Source: Bacteroidia bacterium
GTDB taxonomy: Bacteria; Bacteroidota; Bacteroidia; AKYH767-A; 2013-40CM-41-45
Length of the DNA: 64,000 bases
NCBI GenBank assembly: GCA_038206355.1
Contig: JBBRAY010000017.1
Coordinates: 4,364 to 68,363 of the forward strand
Reading direction: 5' to 3'
How positions within the stretch are numbered: position 1 is the first letter of the stretch; each line of letters opens with the position of its first letter. The notes under the pieces were generated by a model, which saw only the letters and a program-made list of their open reading frames with translations, was not told the DNA's origin and did not search any database. Both the position numbers and the translations under genes were made by a program. Shown piece after piece: positions 18,870 to 28,488 of this stretch.

Positions 18870-20312
18870 TTAATGTAACACAGTCAGCTTTTGGGCAGCG
18901 ATCACATTGTTGCTGCGAACGGTAACAAAATATATTCCTGCAATATTAAGATTTACAGAAATCTTTTTTGCCCCGGGTAGATCATGATACACAATTTGCC
19001 CCAATGCATTTGTGATCACGACTTCATCCATAACCTGCTTGCTTGTTATCTGAACCTCTGAAGAAGCAGGGTTCGGAAACACAGACAATGAAACAGAAAC
19101 TGCGGTCTCCTGCACTCCTGTTGTTGAATTAAAAGATCCGGTACGAATCTTTATCGTATTTGACCCATCATCCTGCCAGATCACAAAAACTTTCCCGCCG
19201 TAAACCGCTACGTCAGCATTGGTAACATTACTAAGATCTACCGTATCGTATTGCATGGGTAATCCATTTGTAATATCATTGGTAAACCGTATCACGCACT
19301 GGTCATTGCCACTCACCACCTGCTTCCACACCACAGCCATCGCCGTTCCGTCACTTGCAATGCGCGGATAATTCTGCAATGAAAGTCCGGGAACAGATCC
19401 CGCAAGTGCAATACCCTGCGAGCCATTCATCTCTGAAATGGAAGAAGCATTCATGTACACTAAACTCGTTCCGCTCGCTCCGTTCATGTAAACAGAATAA
19501 AGTGAATCTCCTATTATTACAGCATCACCACCTGTAGAAGGGCAGGAAAAAATATTCCAGTTGTTCTGGTCAATCGGCATTCCGTATGAAAATGTATAGC
19601 CGCCATCCGTTGAAATGCCGGCCCATGAATCACGATTGTTATTGTCGTTGTCTCTGTAAACCATAGCCACCGTATTCCCGCTGCAGGCCAGTGCTCCCGG
19701 ACAACAGTCGCAAATCAAAGACGATGCGCTGCTCCATCCGCTTGCCTTGGTATCAATTGAAAATGAGAATCCGAAATCGGTGGATCTGGAAACTGCCCAT
19801 CGCGAATCTGAAAATGTTGCATCAAATTTCATAAAGGCAACAATGGGATTTCCCAGATCATCAGTAGTAACTGTGGGAAAACGGGAAATGCTGTCTGCAA
19901 TATCGTCAACCTGAACAGGCGCGGAAAAATTAACTCCTCCATCATAAGAATGCGTGCAAAAAATATGGCAGGTATCTGAATTTTCAGGAGTCTGTTTGAA
20001 AACAACATAAACAGTGTCACCGTACGAAGCAATATCAGGCCCCATCCAGGCAGCCCCTGCAACAGTAATATTCATAGGGTTCACGGGCATGGGCATTGTG
20101 AATGCATTTCCATCCCAGCGTGTAAACATTGCATTGTTATTATGATTCCAGACAACCAACGGATTTCCACTTCCATCTACAGCAATGCGAGGATGGTTGT
20201 TCCCTGATGCAGAATTTATATTCATTCCTGAGTTCCATGTGATGCCTGTCTGTGCCTGACCGAATGAACTTAACAAAAGGAAAGCAATAAATAGGTAAAG
20301 ATTCTTATTCAT
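18870..20312 (-). CDS. BNR/Asp-box repeat (sialidase-like beta-propeller) protein with T9SS C-terminal sorting domain
   Basis: Signal peptide. Asp-box motifs SYDGGVNFS, SRSTDFGFSFS and ISTDGGYTFS. The C-terminus (LSVFPNPASSEVQI...GIYFVTVRSNNVIAAQKLTVLH) is T9SS sorting-domain-like. Confidence 0.7.
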   Translation of the reverse strand: MNKNLYLFIAFLLLSSFGQAQTGITWNSGMNINSASGNNHPRIAVDGSGNPLVVWNHNNNAMFTRWDGNAFTMPMPVNPMNITVAGAAWMGPDIASYGDTVYVVFKQTPENSDTCHIFCTHSYDGGVNFSAPVQVDDIADSISRFPTVTTDDLGNPIVAFMKFDATFSDSRWAVSRSTDFGFSFSIDTKASGWSSASSLICDCCPGALACSGNTVAMVYRDNDNNNRDSWAGISTDGGYTFSYGMPIDQNNWNIFSCPSTGGDAVIIGDSLYSVYMNGASGTSLVYMNASSISEMNGSQGIALAGSVPGLSLQNYPRIASDGTAMAVVWKQVVSGNDQCVIRFTNDITNGLPMQYDTVDLSNVTNADVAVYGGKVFVIWQDDGSNTIKIRTGSFNSTTGVQETAVSVSLSVFPNPASSEVQITSKQVMDEVVITNALGQIVYHDLPGAKKISVNLNIAGIYFVTVRSNNVIAAQKLTVLH

Positions 20313-20512
20313 GATAAATATTTTGGGTAGTCATGCAATATACAAAAATTCAGCGCGGGATCTCTAATTGCCAGTAAAAAATTCCCTGAAAAGGCCATCT
20401 TATCTCCATTCTTAAAACCATTCAGAACTGTCTGGCATTGAACAATCATATTCCGGATTTGAAAAAATAAATTATACCTTTCATTTTTGAAAAACCGGTA
20501 AAACCCCAACCA

Positions 20513-22933
20513 ATGAAACACCTCTCCATCACAATTATTTTATTGACTTCTATTTTCGTTGTTAATGCCAGTGGCCAGAGTAATCCTATAGCTCTAAAAG
20601 CGGGAATCACTATCAACAGGATTCTCACTGTTCAAAACGGGTCAATTCGGGTTATCAAAGATCCCGTCAGTAGAAATTTATTTTATTCAACAACCGATGG
20701 AAAAATATTTGAAGTACATCAGCCATCGGGCAGTGCAGCTTATGATTCACTTGTATTTACATCTGCCGACCACATGGTAACCTATGCACAGGGATTCACC
20801 GTTCACGACAGCACATTTTATATTTCCGGAAACGACAGTTCGAATAAGCCGCTCACTTTCGGAATTATTGTACGTGGTGTACTGCAACCAAATGGTACCC
20901 GTATGTGGAGCAAGGTAATGCAAACAGATTTTTATGAGACAGGTGATTATTTTGATCACCTTTTTAGTGGACTTGCTGTTACGCCGTCCGGTGATAGTTT
21001 ATTAATATGCAGCGGCGCAAGAGGAGATCATGGTGAAATCGAAACACGTTATGGACTTTATCCGAATCTTCGAAATGTACCACTGACGACGAATTTATAT
21101 ATCGTTCCCGCAAATGATACGGGCATTGTTGTGCTGCACAATGACTCAGTATGGAATGATACATCTGATCTTCTTTACGCGCGCGGAATCCGCAACACTT
21201 TCGACTTGGCATTTGATGGAGGCGGACATTTGTTCGGGGTAGAAAATTCAGGCGACCGCGACCACAACGAAGAAATGAACTGGCTTAGGAGAGGTCGGCA
21301 TTATGGTTTTCCATGGGTGATGGGCGACACAGATAATCCTCAACAATTTCCGGGATTCATTCCCGCTGCTGACCCGTTGATATCTCACTATTCCAGGTCA
21401 TGGAGAATCGGTGCTTGGAGTAATGATCCCACCTTTCCTCCTCCTCCAACGGGTGTGGTGTTCGATGCCCCCATTCAAAACTTCGGACCGGATGCAGATA
21501 AATACCGGGATCCTGTAACAGGACTTGTAATGGATGCAAGCGATTCTTCTGTTTCGATTGGAACATTTACAGCGCACCGTTCACCGCTTGGACTTGTGTT
21601 CGACAACGACAGCGTGATGCATACTGATTACAGAGGTGATGGATTTATGCTGAGCTGGACAAAAGGTCTTGACTCTTGCGGATGTACTGCGATTCCTGAT
21701 TCCGGTATCGGGCCTTTTGTTGATCCCTCGCAGGACCTCATTCACCTCGACCTTGCTTTTGATTCATTGATTGATAATTTCACGCTTCATGCCACACGTG
21801 TCATTGCTGAATTTCAACATCCTGTTGATGATGCTATAGACAGCAATAAAATTTACGTGCTTGAAAACGGTTATGGTGGCACATCCGGGCTTTACGAAGT
21901 TGTAATGCCATTCATTCCTGTTTGTGCGCCCGCTTACAGCGCAGCAGTAACGCATTATGCCTGTGATTCGGCAAAAGTTTTTGCTACTGCCAATGCAACA
22001 GGTTTTCCGCCCTATATTTATGTATGGAGAGATTCCACCGGACAAACTATTCAAACGGACACACTCAATTCCGATGATTCCCTTTCCATTTTTATGCCCG
22101 GTAATTATTCCGTTGAAGTTATCGATAGTTTCGGTTGCAACATGCTGATACCATTTACTATCATCGATCCCGTTCAGTTCAACATTAATCTTTTTAATTT
22201 ATGTGATTCCGGATTGGCGTTTTCAGTTGCGAATGCTGATGGTACAGGTCCTTTTAGTTATACATGGAGGTCACCTGATTCAACCGGAACCATTATTCAA
22301 TACCATTCACCGTCACCGGAAACTGATTCACTCTTTAATATTCCACCCGGAAATTATTTTGTGGTAGTCAGTGACAGCATTGGTTGTTCCGTTTCAACAT
22401 CATTCACCATAGTTGCGCCCATTGTGCTGCATCGTGATTCTGTACATCACACCACATGTATTGGATGCAACAACGGTTCGATTTTCTTTAGTGTTGCTCC
22501 CGGGCCGTTTTCACTTGTACTGAATCCTCCGGTCGGGTTCTTCCAGGGAAATTCAATAGACAGTTTACCTCCCGGTGGTTATACACTTTGCGGAACCGAT
22601 TCTATGGGTTGTAGCAGTTGCATTAATTTTATTATTCAGGAAGATCCGTCATCAATTGCTCCAATTGCCTATCATACATTATCCATTTTTCCAAATCCTG
22701 CAGATGGAATTATAACGATTAGGACAAAAATCAATACTGAATCTCCGCTTTCAATTAATATTTTCAATGCCACCGGACAAAAAACCGGCATCGTTGCTGA
22801 TGAATTGATTTCTGCAGCAAGTGAAAGGGAATTTTCATTAGACACAAAAAATCTTTCACCGGGATGCTATTATGTTGAGTTCAGATTGTCCACGCAAGTG
22901 ATGCGGGGAAAATTTATTGTGACGAAAAATTAA
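20513..22933 (+). CDS. PQQ-dependent sugar dehydrogenase-like (soluble glucose/sorbosone dehydrogenase family) beta-propeller fused to Ig-like repeats and T9SS C-terminal sorting domain
   Basis: RGIRNTFDLAFDGGGHLFGVENSGDRDHNEEMNWLRRGRHYGFPW matches the glucose/sorbosone-dehydrogenase signature. Ig-like repeats follow (YIYVWRDSTG..., FSYTWRSPDSTG...). The C-terminus (LSIFPNPADGIITIRT...) is T9SS sorting-domain-like. Confidence 0.65.
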   Translation: MKHLSITIILLTSIFVVNASGQSNPIALKAGITINRILTVQNGSIRVIKDPVSRNLFYSTTDGKIFEVHQPSGSAAYDSLVFTSADHMVTYAQGFTVHDSTFYISGNDSSNKPLTFGIIVRGVLQPNGTRMWSKVMQTDFYETGDYFDHLFSGLAVTPSGDSLLICSGARGDHGEIETRYGLYPNLRNVPLTTNLYIVPANDTGIVVLHNDSVWNDTSDLLYARGIRNTFDLAFDGGGHLFGVENSGDRDHNEEMNWLRRGRHYGFPWVMGDTDNPQQFPGFIPAADPLISHYSRSWRIGAWSNDPTFPPPPTGVVFDAPIQNFGPDADKYRDPVTGLVMDASDSSVSIGTFTAHRSPLGLVFDNDSVMHTDYRGDGFMLSWTKGLDSCGCTAIPDSGIGPFVDPSQDLIHLDLAFDSLIDNFTLHATRVIAEFQHPVDDAIDSNKIYVLENGYGGTSGLYEVVMPFIPVCAPAYSAAVTHYACDSAKVFATANATGFPPYIYVWRDSTGQTIQTDTLNSDDSLSIFMPGNYSVEVIDSFGCNMLIPFTIIDPVQFNINLFNLCDSGLAFSVANADGTGPFSYTWRSPDSTGTIIQYHSPSPETDSLFNIPPGNYFVVVSDSIGCSVSTSFTIVAPIVLHRDSVHHTTCIGCNNGSIFFSVAPGPFSLVLNPPVGFFQGNSIDSLPPGGYTLCGTDSMGCSSCINFIIQEDPSSIAPIAYHTLSIFPNPADGIITIRTKINTESPLSINIFNATGQKTGIVADELISAASEREFSLDTKNLSPGCYYVEFRLSTQVMRGKFIVTKN

Positions 22934-23427
22934 TGGGGTTGGGTAACCGCCCTGTTTCTTAATGCTAATTTACTTTCAGCTGCGAGAGATTTAGCAAGCA
23001 TTTCTCCTTCTTTTGTAAACGACCAGACGAACAATGTATTTATCGGATGATCTTTGCAGATTGCGTTGATGGCATTCAAACAAACTTTTTTTGTTTCTCC
23101 TTTGCCGCGGTATTCAGGCAACGTGGTTGCAGAGCAAAGGTAAATGCAATCGTAAGTCGCGCCTGGTATTGTTCTTTCCGGAATTTCTCTTTCCTGAATT
23201 TTTCCATCAAGAAAATCATTCATGACTGATGAAGTAGTTGGAATCACGAGCACCCAGATTACAGGACCATTTTCATTGGCAAGTTCGGAAAGGGCAGCAG
23301 GATGAATTTCATTTAGTTTTTTCAAATCACTTTCCGTTACCTGAAGCTGTCCGGCGTCGCTGCGGGTTGCAAAAACCTCGTCAATGAGGGCAAACATTCG
23401 AGACATGTTAGGTGAATATTCCGACAT
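22930..23427 (-). CDS. Hypothetical protein, possibly a GNAT-family acetyltransferase
   Basis: 165 aa. A weak acetyl-CoA-binding-like motif (EYRGKGETKK). No other recognisable features. Confidence 0.35.
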   Translation of the reverse strand: MSEYSPNMSRMFALIDEVFATRSDAGQLQVTESDLKKLNEIHPAALSELANENGPVIWVLVIPTTSSVMNDFLDGKIQEREIPERTIPGATYDCIYLCSATTLPEYRGKGETKKVCLNAINAICKDHPINTLFVWSFTKEGEMLAKSLAAESKLALRNRAVTQPH

Positions 23428-23467
23428 TGAAAGAACTTAATTTAAATGATACCTGAAATAACCATAT

Positions 23468-24508
23468 TTAATAATACTTTTTCGTTGAAAGAAATTCCTT
23501 CACATACTCACCGACTCCATCTTCCAATGAATAAAAAGAATTTGAATATCCAATACTGCGCAGCTTTTCCATTTTTGCTTCTGTGAAGTATTGGTACTTG
23601 TCACGGATGTCAAGCGGGGTATTAATAAATTCTATTTCTTCCTTTTTGTTCATCGCTTTAAAAACGTTTTTTACCAGGTCTAAAAAAGTACGCGCAGTTC
23701 CTGAACCAAGATTATATATACCGGAGTTTTTTCTGTGGTGCATTAGCCAGTAGCAAACGTTTACTACATCTTTCACATATACAAAATCACGAAGTTGTTC
23801 ACCATCTTTGTAAGCGGGGTTGTGTGAACGAAACAATTTCATTTTACCGGATGAAGAAATCTGATTGTATGCGTGAAACATTACAGACGCCATCCGTCCT
23901 TTATGATATTCATTCGGACCATAAACATTAAAAAACTTTAATCCCGCCCAGAAGTATGGTGAACCGGGTTCCTCCTGACTGCTGCTGCTATCTTTGCTGC
24001 TGCCGCTGCCTCCTGCCGCTTTCCCCACTGCCCATTTATCAAATTCATTCTTAGAATCCCCGTAAGGATTGAGTGGTTTTAACTGCTGAATAATTTCATG
24101 GTTATCTTCATACCCCAACTCACCATCTCCGTATGTCGCTGCTGACGAAGCATACACCAATGGCAAGCCAAATTCAACACACAGATTCCACACGTCCTTC
24201 GTGTACTGAACATTCAGTTTTTCAAAAATCGCATAATCAAACTCAGTAGTATCCGTTCTTGCACCGATATGAAACACAAACTGAACAAAACGATGATTCT
24301 GTTTCAGCCATTCAATAAAATGATCCCGTTCAACGAGCGCTGAATATTTTTTCCCTTTGTAGTTCTCCTCTTTATCCTTTTTTGAAAAGTCATCTACCAG
24401 AATGAGATCATAGTACCCCTCATCGTTGAGTTTCCTCACGAGACAACTGCCGATGAATCCTGCTGCTCCTGTTATTACTATCATAATTATCTTTTTCGCA
24501 ATCCACAA
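23468..24508 (-). CDS. NAD-dependent epimerase, ADP-L-glycero-D-manno-heptose-6-epimerase-like (HldD/RfaD family) with a Ser-rich low-complexity insertion
   Basis: Rossmann VITGAAGFIGS. YASSAATYG and FFNVYGPNEYHKGRMASVMFH parallel the HldD motifs. There is an unusual GKAAGGSGSSKDSSSSQEEPGSP insert. The true start is probably the internal MIVITG. Confidence 0.6.
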   Translation of the reverse strand: MWIAKKIIMIVITGAAGFIGSCLVRKLNDEGYYDLILVDDFSKKDKEENYKGKKYSALVERDHFIEWLKQNHRFVQFVFHIGARTDTTEFDYAIFEKLNVQYTKDVWNLCVEFGLPLVYASSAATYGDGELGYEDNHEIIQQLKPLNPYGDSKNEFDKWAVGKAAGGSGSSKDSSSSQEEPGSPYFWAGLKFFNVYGPNEYHKGRMASVMFHAYNQISSSGKMKLFRSHNPAYKDGEQLRDFVYVKDVVNVCYWLMHHRKNSGIYNLGSGTARTFLDLVKNVFKAMNKKEEIEFINTPLDIRDKYQYFTEAKMEKLRSIGYSNSFYSLEDGVGEYVKEFLSTKKYY

Positions 24509-24538
24509 CCACTCTGTGCCGATGTTGCGGCTATTTTT

Positions 24539-25450
24539 CTATAGTACTACTTTTTGACTGACCACAAAAATATCCTGCGGCACAGATTTTATTAACCCGG
24601 CATCTTTTGACTTTTGAAATAAAACCCGGATTGCATTTTTACCATCCTCTCCCAAATCAATTGAAAATTCATTCACATACGTTTTAATATGCTTCATCCT
24701 TACTTCCTCTTCCATTTCCTGCGCATGTTGCTTTACATAATCTCTTCCTGAATCCTGATTTGCAAATGCAAACTCCACACTTCTTCTCATCACTCTGTCT
24801 ATCTTTATTTTAAATTCTTCAGGTAAATTTCTTTTTACAGCAATACCTCCTAGGGGAATTGGCTGACTTGTTTCCTGCTCCCATAATTCTCCGAGGTCAC
24901 AGATTTTTACCAAACCCTTTTGCTGATAGGTGAACCGGTTCTCATGAATGATTACACCTGCATCGGCATGACCTGATAAAACGGCATCTTCAATTTCTGA
25001 AAAAATATATTCTGTTATATTTTTTGCTTCCGGAAAATAAAGTGAGAAAAGAAAATTTGCTGTGGTCCGCATTCCGGGAATGGCAATTTTCATGTTGGCA
25101 ATATGCGACCTGTATTCAGCTAACCTCTCCTCCGCAGACTCCATGCTTTTATTATCCTTACAAACAAGCAATGGCCCAACTCCCTTGCCGAGTGCGCTAC
25201 CTCCATTCAGTAACTGCCATGAATCCGCCAGTTGAGTGAATGCAGCAAAACTAATTTTCGTAATGTCAGGAATTCCCTTTTCTGCATTGCGGTTAAGTGC
25301 CTCCACATCTTCCATCATCACTTCAAAATCCAAACCTTCTGTATCAATTTTATGATGAACCATGGCATCAAACATAAACGTATCATTCGGGCAGGGAGAA
25401 AAGCCGAGTTTTAGTTTGTGTTCCGGATGATATGTTTCTGAAAAAGACAT
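24539..25450 (-). CDS. mqnD: 1,4-dihydroxy-6-naphthoate synthase (futalosine-pathway menaquinone biosynthesis)
   Basis: LKLGFSPCPNDTFMFDAMVHHKIDTEGL, KGVGPLLV, IAIPGMRTTANFLFSLYFPE and IIHENRFTYQQKGL are collinear with MqnD (VitK2_biosynth fold). An MqnA paralog cannot be fully excluded. Confidence 0.75.
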   Translation of the reverse strand: MSFSETYHPEHKLKLGFSPCPNDTFMFDAMVHHKIDTEGLDFEVMMEDVEALNRNAEKGIPDITKISFAAFTQLADSWQLLNGGSALGKGVGPLLVCKDNKSMESAEERLAEYRSHIANMKIAIPGMRTTANFLFSLYFPEAKNITEYIFSEIEDAVLSGHADAGVIIHENRFTYQQKGLVKICDLGELWEQETSQPIPLGGIAVKRNLPEEFKIKIDRVMRRSVEFAFANQDSGRDYVKQHAQEMEEEVRMKHIKTYVNEFSIDLGEDGKNAIRVLFQKSKDAGLIKSVPQDIFVVSQKVVL

Positions 25451-25458
25451 AGACTAAT

Positions 25459-26115
25459 TTACACGATCATTTTATCAAGTAAGGTACGCATTGCACCGGA
25501 AAGATTTTCAAGCGCCGGTTCAATCTTCCATGCACTTCGGTCCCTCAATTCTACACGGTTGCTGATGGCACGCAGCTGAAGAAAAGGTATATGCTCCATG
25601 GCGCAAACATAAAAAAACGCTGCGCCTTCCATCGTTTCAATATCAGGATGAAACTTAATAAAAGTACGGTTAATGCTATCATAATTCCCGTGTACCTTAT
25701 TCACTGTTATCCCTTTCACTTTTTTTAATGCGCCGATGGATTTATAATTCCCTGCATGTTCATTTTTAATTTTTCCATTCCAGAATGGGAACCCATCTCT
25801 GCCTTGCAACTTGAGGTCAAATACTGAAAGAAATTTTTCACCATCTTCAGCACCGAGATCAGCAAATGTATCACTCACCACATTTACCACTTCTCCGATC
25901 GAAATTTCATTGCGGAAACTACCAGCGAGACCAACGTTGACTACCAGGTCATATTTTTTTGCTGAAAGTTTTTTGGTAAGCGAATAAACCGTTGGCGTCA
26001 TTCCCACGCCCGTAACAAGAAAATCAATGGTCATTTTCGACGAGACCGCTCCTGAATAATGATCCCTGGTTGCAGCAATTTCATGCGCTGTAGCCGCAAC
26101 AATGAGTATTCGCAT
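25459..26115 (-). CDS. mqnB: Futalosine hydrolase (MTA/SAH-nucleosidase family)
   Basis: PNP/UDP phosphorylase-like fold (MRILIVAATAHEIAAT...). 218 aa. It sits directly beside mqnD. Confidence 0.65.
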   Translation of the reverse strand: MRILIVAATAHEIAATRDHYSGAVSSKMTIDFLVTGVGMTPTVYSLTKKLSAKKYDLVVNVGLAGSFRNEISIGEVVNVVSDTFADLGAEDGEKFLSVFDLKLQGRDGFPFWNGKIKNEHAGNYKSIGALKKVKGITVNKVHGNYDSINRTFIKFHPDIETMEGAAFFYVCAMEHIPFLQLRAISNRVELRDRSAWKIEPALENLSGAMRTLLDKMIV

Positions 26116-26335
26116 GGAGCAAATATACGGGATTGGTTGATGTTAATAAAGTTATCTCAGATCCGTTCTGATCCATGTGCGATAGATTCGGAGACTTCTC
26201 GCCGTAAAATCCGTTGCCACCATTCTAGTCTCAGTTCCTTTGCTAATACTGACGATACTGGCTTTTGCGAAATAACCATCAGTCAGGCAAACCTTTCCAC
26301 AAGTCATTTGTTACATTTGCGCCTTTAAAAATAGT

Positions 26336-26749
26336 ATGGTATTCATAACAAGAAAAGAGACCTTCAGCGCAGCTCATAAATTAAGTCGCACCGACTGGGA
26401 CGAGGAAAAAAATAAATCTGTATTTGGAAAATGTGCCAACCCAAACTGGCATGGGCATAATTACAACCTGTCCGTTACGGTGAAAGGGGAAGTGAATCCG
26501 GATACTGGTTTTGTGGCAAACCTTTCCTTGGTTGGGCAAATCCTTAAAACCAAAATCATTGATAAGGTTGATCACAGAAACCTGAACCTTGACGTTGATT
26601 TTATGCAAGGCAAATTACCAAGTACTGAGGTGCTTGCGATTGAAATCTGGAACCAGATTGAAAATGAGGTCAATGCACTTGGATGTAAATTGCACTGTGT
26701 AAAAATCCAGGAGACAGAAAAAAACTACGTGGAATACTTCGGAAAATAA
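26336..26749 (+). CDS. queD: 6-carboxy-5,6,7,8-tetrahydropterin synthase / 6-pyruvoyl-tetrahydropterin synthase
   Basis: PTPS-family motifs (CANPNWHGHNY, catalytic Cys/His/Glu pattern). 137 aa. It lies beside folE. Confidence 0.7.
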   Translation: MVFITRKETFSAAHKLSRTDWDEEKNKSVFGKCANPNWHGHNYNLSVTVKGEVNPDTGFVANLSLVGQILKTKIIDKVDHRNLNLDVDFMQGKLPSTEVLAIEIWNQIENEVNALGCKLHCVKIQETEKNYVEYFGK

Positions 26750-26880
26750 ATCGATTAATTCCCGGAAGAAGGAGTAATGCAAAAAAAAAGATTACGATTT
26801 GAAAAAATTAGTTTTTCGTAATTCGCTTATTCGTTTCAGATTAGTTATTCGAAGGGGTTATTAAACATAAAAACAATTGT

Positions 26881-27516
26881 ATGTCACCTAAAAAAGATAT
26901 GGCAGATGAAAACGAAATGAACGGCTATTTAAAGATAGATAGCTACGATACTGAACTGGTTGAAAAGAATTCAAAACTATATTCTTCAATCATCACCAAC
27001 CTTGGCGAGGATGTTCACCGCGAAGGACTCTTGAAAACGCCTGAGCGCGTATCGAAGGCCATGCAATACCTCACCCATGGGTACGGCCTGAACCCGGCTG
27101 AAATATTGAAGTCTGCGATGTTCAAAGAAGATTATCGTCAGATGGTAATCGTAAAAGACATTGAGATTTATTCTTTATGCGAGCACCACATGCTTCCGTT
27201 TTTCGGGAAAGCGCACGTTGCTTATATTCCCAATGGTTGCATCGTAGGGTTAAGTAAAATTCCGCGGATTGTGGATGCTTTTGCAAGGCGATTACAGGTG
27301 CAGGAACGGCTAACAACGGAAATCAGGGATTGCATTCAGGATACTTTGAAACCTCTTGGCGTTGCTGTCGTAATTGAAGCCAAACATTTATGTATGCTAA
27401 TGCGCGGAATTCAGAAACAAAATTCTGTTGCTACGACGTCTGCCTTTACCGGTGAATTTGAAAATGAAAAAACGCGTGGAGAATTCATTCGACTCATATC
27501 TGCCAATCTTTCTTAA
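26881..27516 (+). CDS. folE: GTP cyclohydrolase I
   Basis: [37 protein letters not shown] and [23 protein letters not shown] signatures. Confidence 0.9.
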   Translation: MSPKKDMADENEMNGYLKIDSYDTELVEKNSKLYSSIITNLGEDVHREGLLKTPERVSKAMQYLTHGYGLNPAEILKSAMFKEDYRQMVIVKDIEIYSLCEHHMLPFFGKAHVAYIPNGCIVGLSKIPRIVDAFARRLQVQERLTTEIRDCIQDTLKPLGVAVVIEAKHLCMLMRGIQKQNSVATTSAFTGEFENEKTRGEFIRLISANLS

Positions 27517-27568
27517 TCTATACCTTTGGCAAATAATTTGACAACAATCAAAATTCAAACAAATAAAA

Positions 27569-28306
27569 ATGGACAATAATCAAAATTGGAATTTCAATGT
27601 TCAGAATCAACCGGGGCTTGCCACACAACCGGTAACAAGAACATTCTTCGCAAGCGTATTTATGTGGATGGGTGTGGCTCTCGGCATCAGCGCCATTACC
27701 GCTTACGTATTCGGAACTGACATGAGTTATATGCAGTACCTTATCAATACTGAAAAGGGCGGTATGTCAGGACTGGGTTATTTTGTCATGTTTGCCCCAC
27801 TCGGACTTGTCCTTCTGATGAGTTTCGGAATCAACAAACTTTCATCAACTGCTTTGATTGGCGTCTTTCTTCTTTATTCAGTGCTGATGGGCATGAGTCT
27901 CAGCTTTATTTTCATGGCCTATACGCTGGGATCTATTTATGGAGTATTCTTCGCCAGTGCTGCCATGTTTGGTGTGATGGCGGTTCTCGGTTATACCACC
28001 AAAACTGACCTTACCAAATTCGGAAGCATCATGATCATGGCTTTGATCGGAATTATCATTGCGGGAGTGATCAATATGTTTATGCGAAGTGACGGACTGA
28101 GTTACATCATCAGTTTTATCTCTGTGATTGTTTTCACAGGCCTTACAGCTTATGACGTTCAGAAGATTAAAAACATCGGCGAGCAAGTTGAAAACGGAAC
28201 AGAAGCTGCAGCCAAGATGGGTATCATGGGAGCACTTACGCTGTATCTTGATTTCATTAACCTGTTCCTGGCGTTGTTGAGATTGTTTGGAAGTAGAAGA
28301 AACTAG
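27569..28306 (+). CDS. Bax-inhibitor-1/YccA-family inner-membrane protein
   Basis: Seven predicted TM helices. The N-terminal Q/N-rich tail and overall BI-1 topology fit the family. 245 aa. Confidence 0.8.
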   Translation: MDNNQNWNFNVQNQPGLATQPVTRTFFASVFMWMGVALGISAITAYVFGTDMSYMQYLINTEKGGMSGLGYFVMFAPLGLVLLMSFGINKLSSTALIGVFLLYSVLMGMSLSFIFMAYTLGSIYGVFFASAAMFGVMAVLGYTTKTDLTKFGSIMIMALIGIIIAGVINMFMRSDGLSYIISFISVIVFTGLTAYDVQKIKNIGEQVENGTEAAAKMGIMGALTLYLDFINLFLALLRLFGSRRN

Positions 28307-28342
28307 GGTACGAATAACCAATCATTACAAATTTACAAATGA

Positions 28343-28381
28343 AAAATCCGGTCGTGCAAAATGCAGATCGGATTTTTTTTT
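28343..28381 (+). terminator. Rho-independent terminator after the BI-1 gene
   Basis: An AAAATCCG...CGGATTTT hairpin followed by a T9 run. Confidence 0.5.
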
Positions 28382-28416
28382 GCAGTCGCGGATTTTATTT
28401 CGACTTTGCAACTCCT

Positions 28417-28488
28417 GAACTATTGAACTATTGAACTATTGAACTATTGAACTTTTGAACTAATCAACAAATCAACTACTCAACCAAA
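28417..28488. repeat. Tandem 8-bp repeat (GAACTATT x4 perfect, then degenerate GAACTTTT, GAACTAAT, CAACAAAT, CAACTACT, CAACCAAA) abutting the fabD start codon
   Basis: Read directly from the sequence. The 8-nt periodicity runs into the ATG at 28488. Confidence 0.8.

Noticed and set aside
26059-26328. 89-aa ORF in the mqnB/queD intergenic region
   Set aside because: It overlaps the mqnB 5' end on the opposite strand and has no ribosome-binding context. It is more likely a divergent promoter region. I also looked here for a preQ1 riboswitch ahead of queD and found no matching motif.
27878-28321. 147-aa minus-strand ORF
   Set aside because: It is antisense within the BI-1 membrane-protein gene. 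The sense frame has the clear 7-TM pattern.
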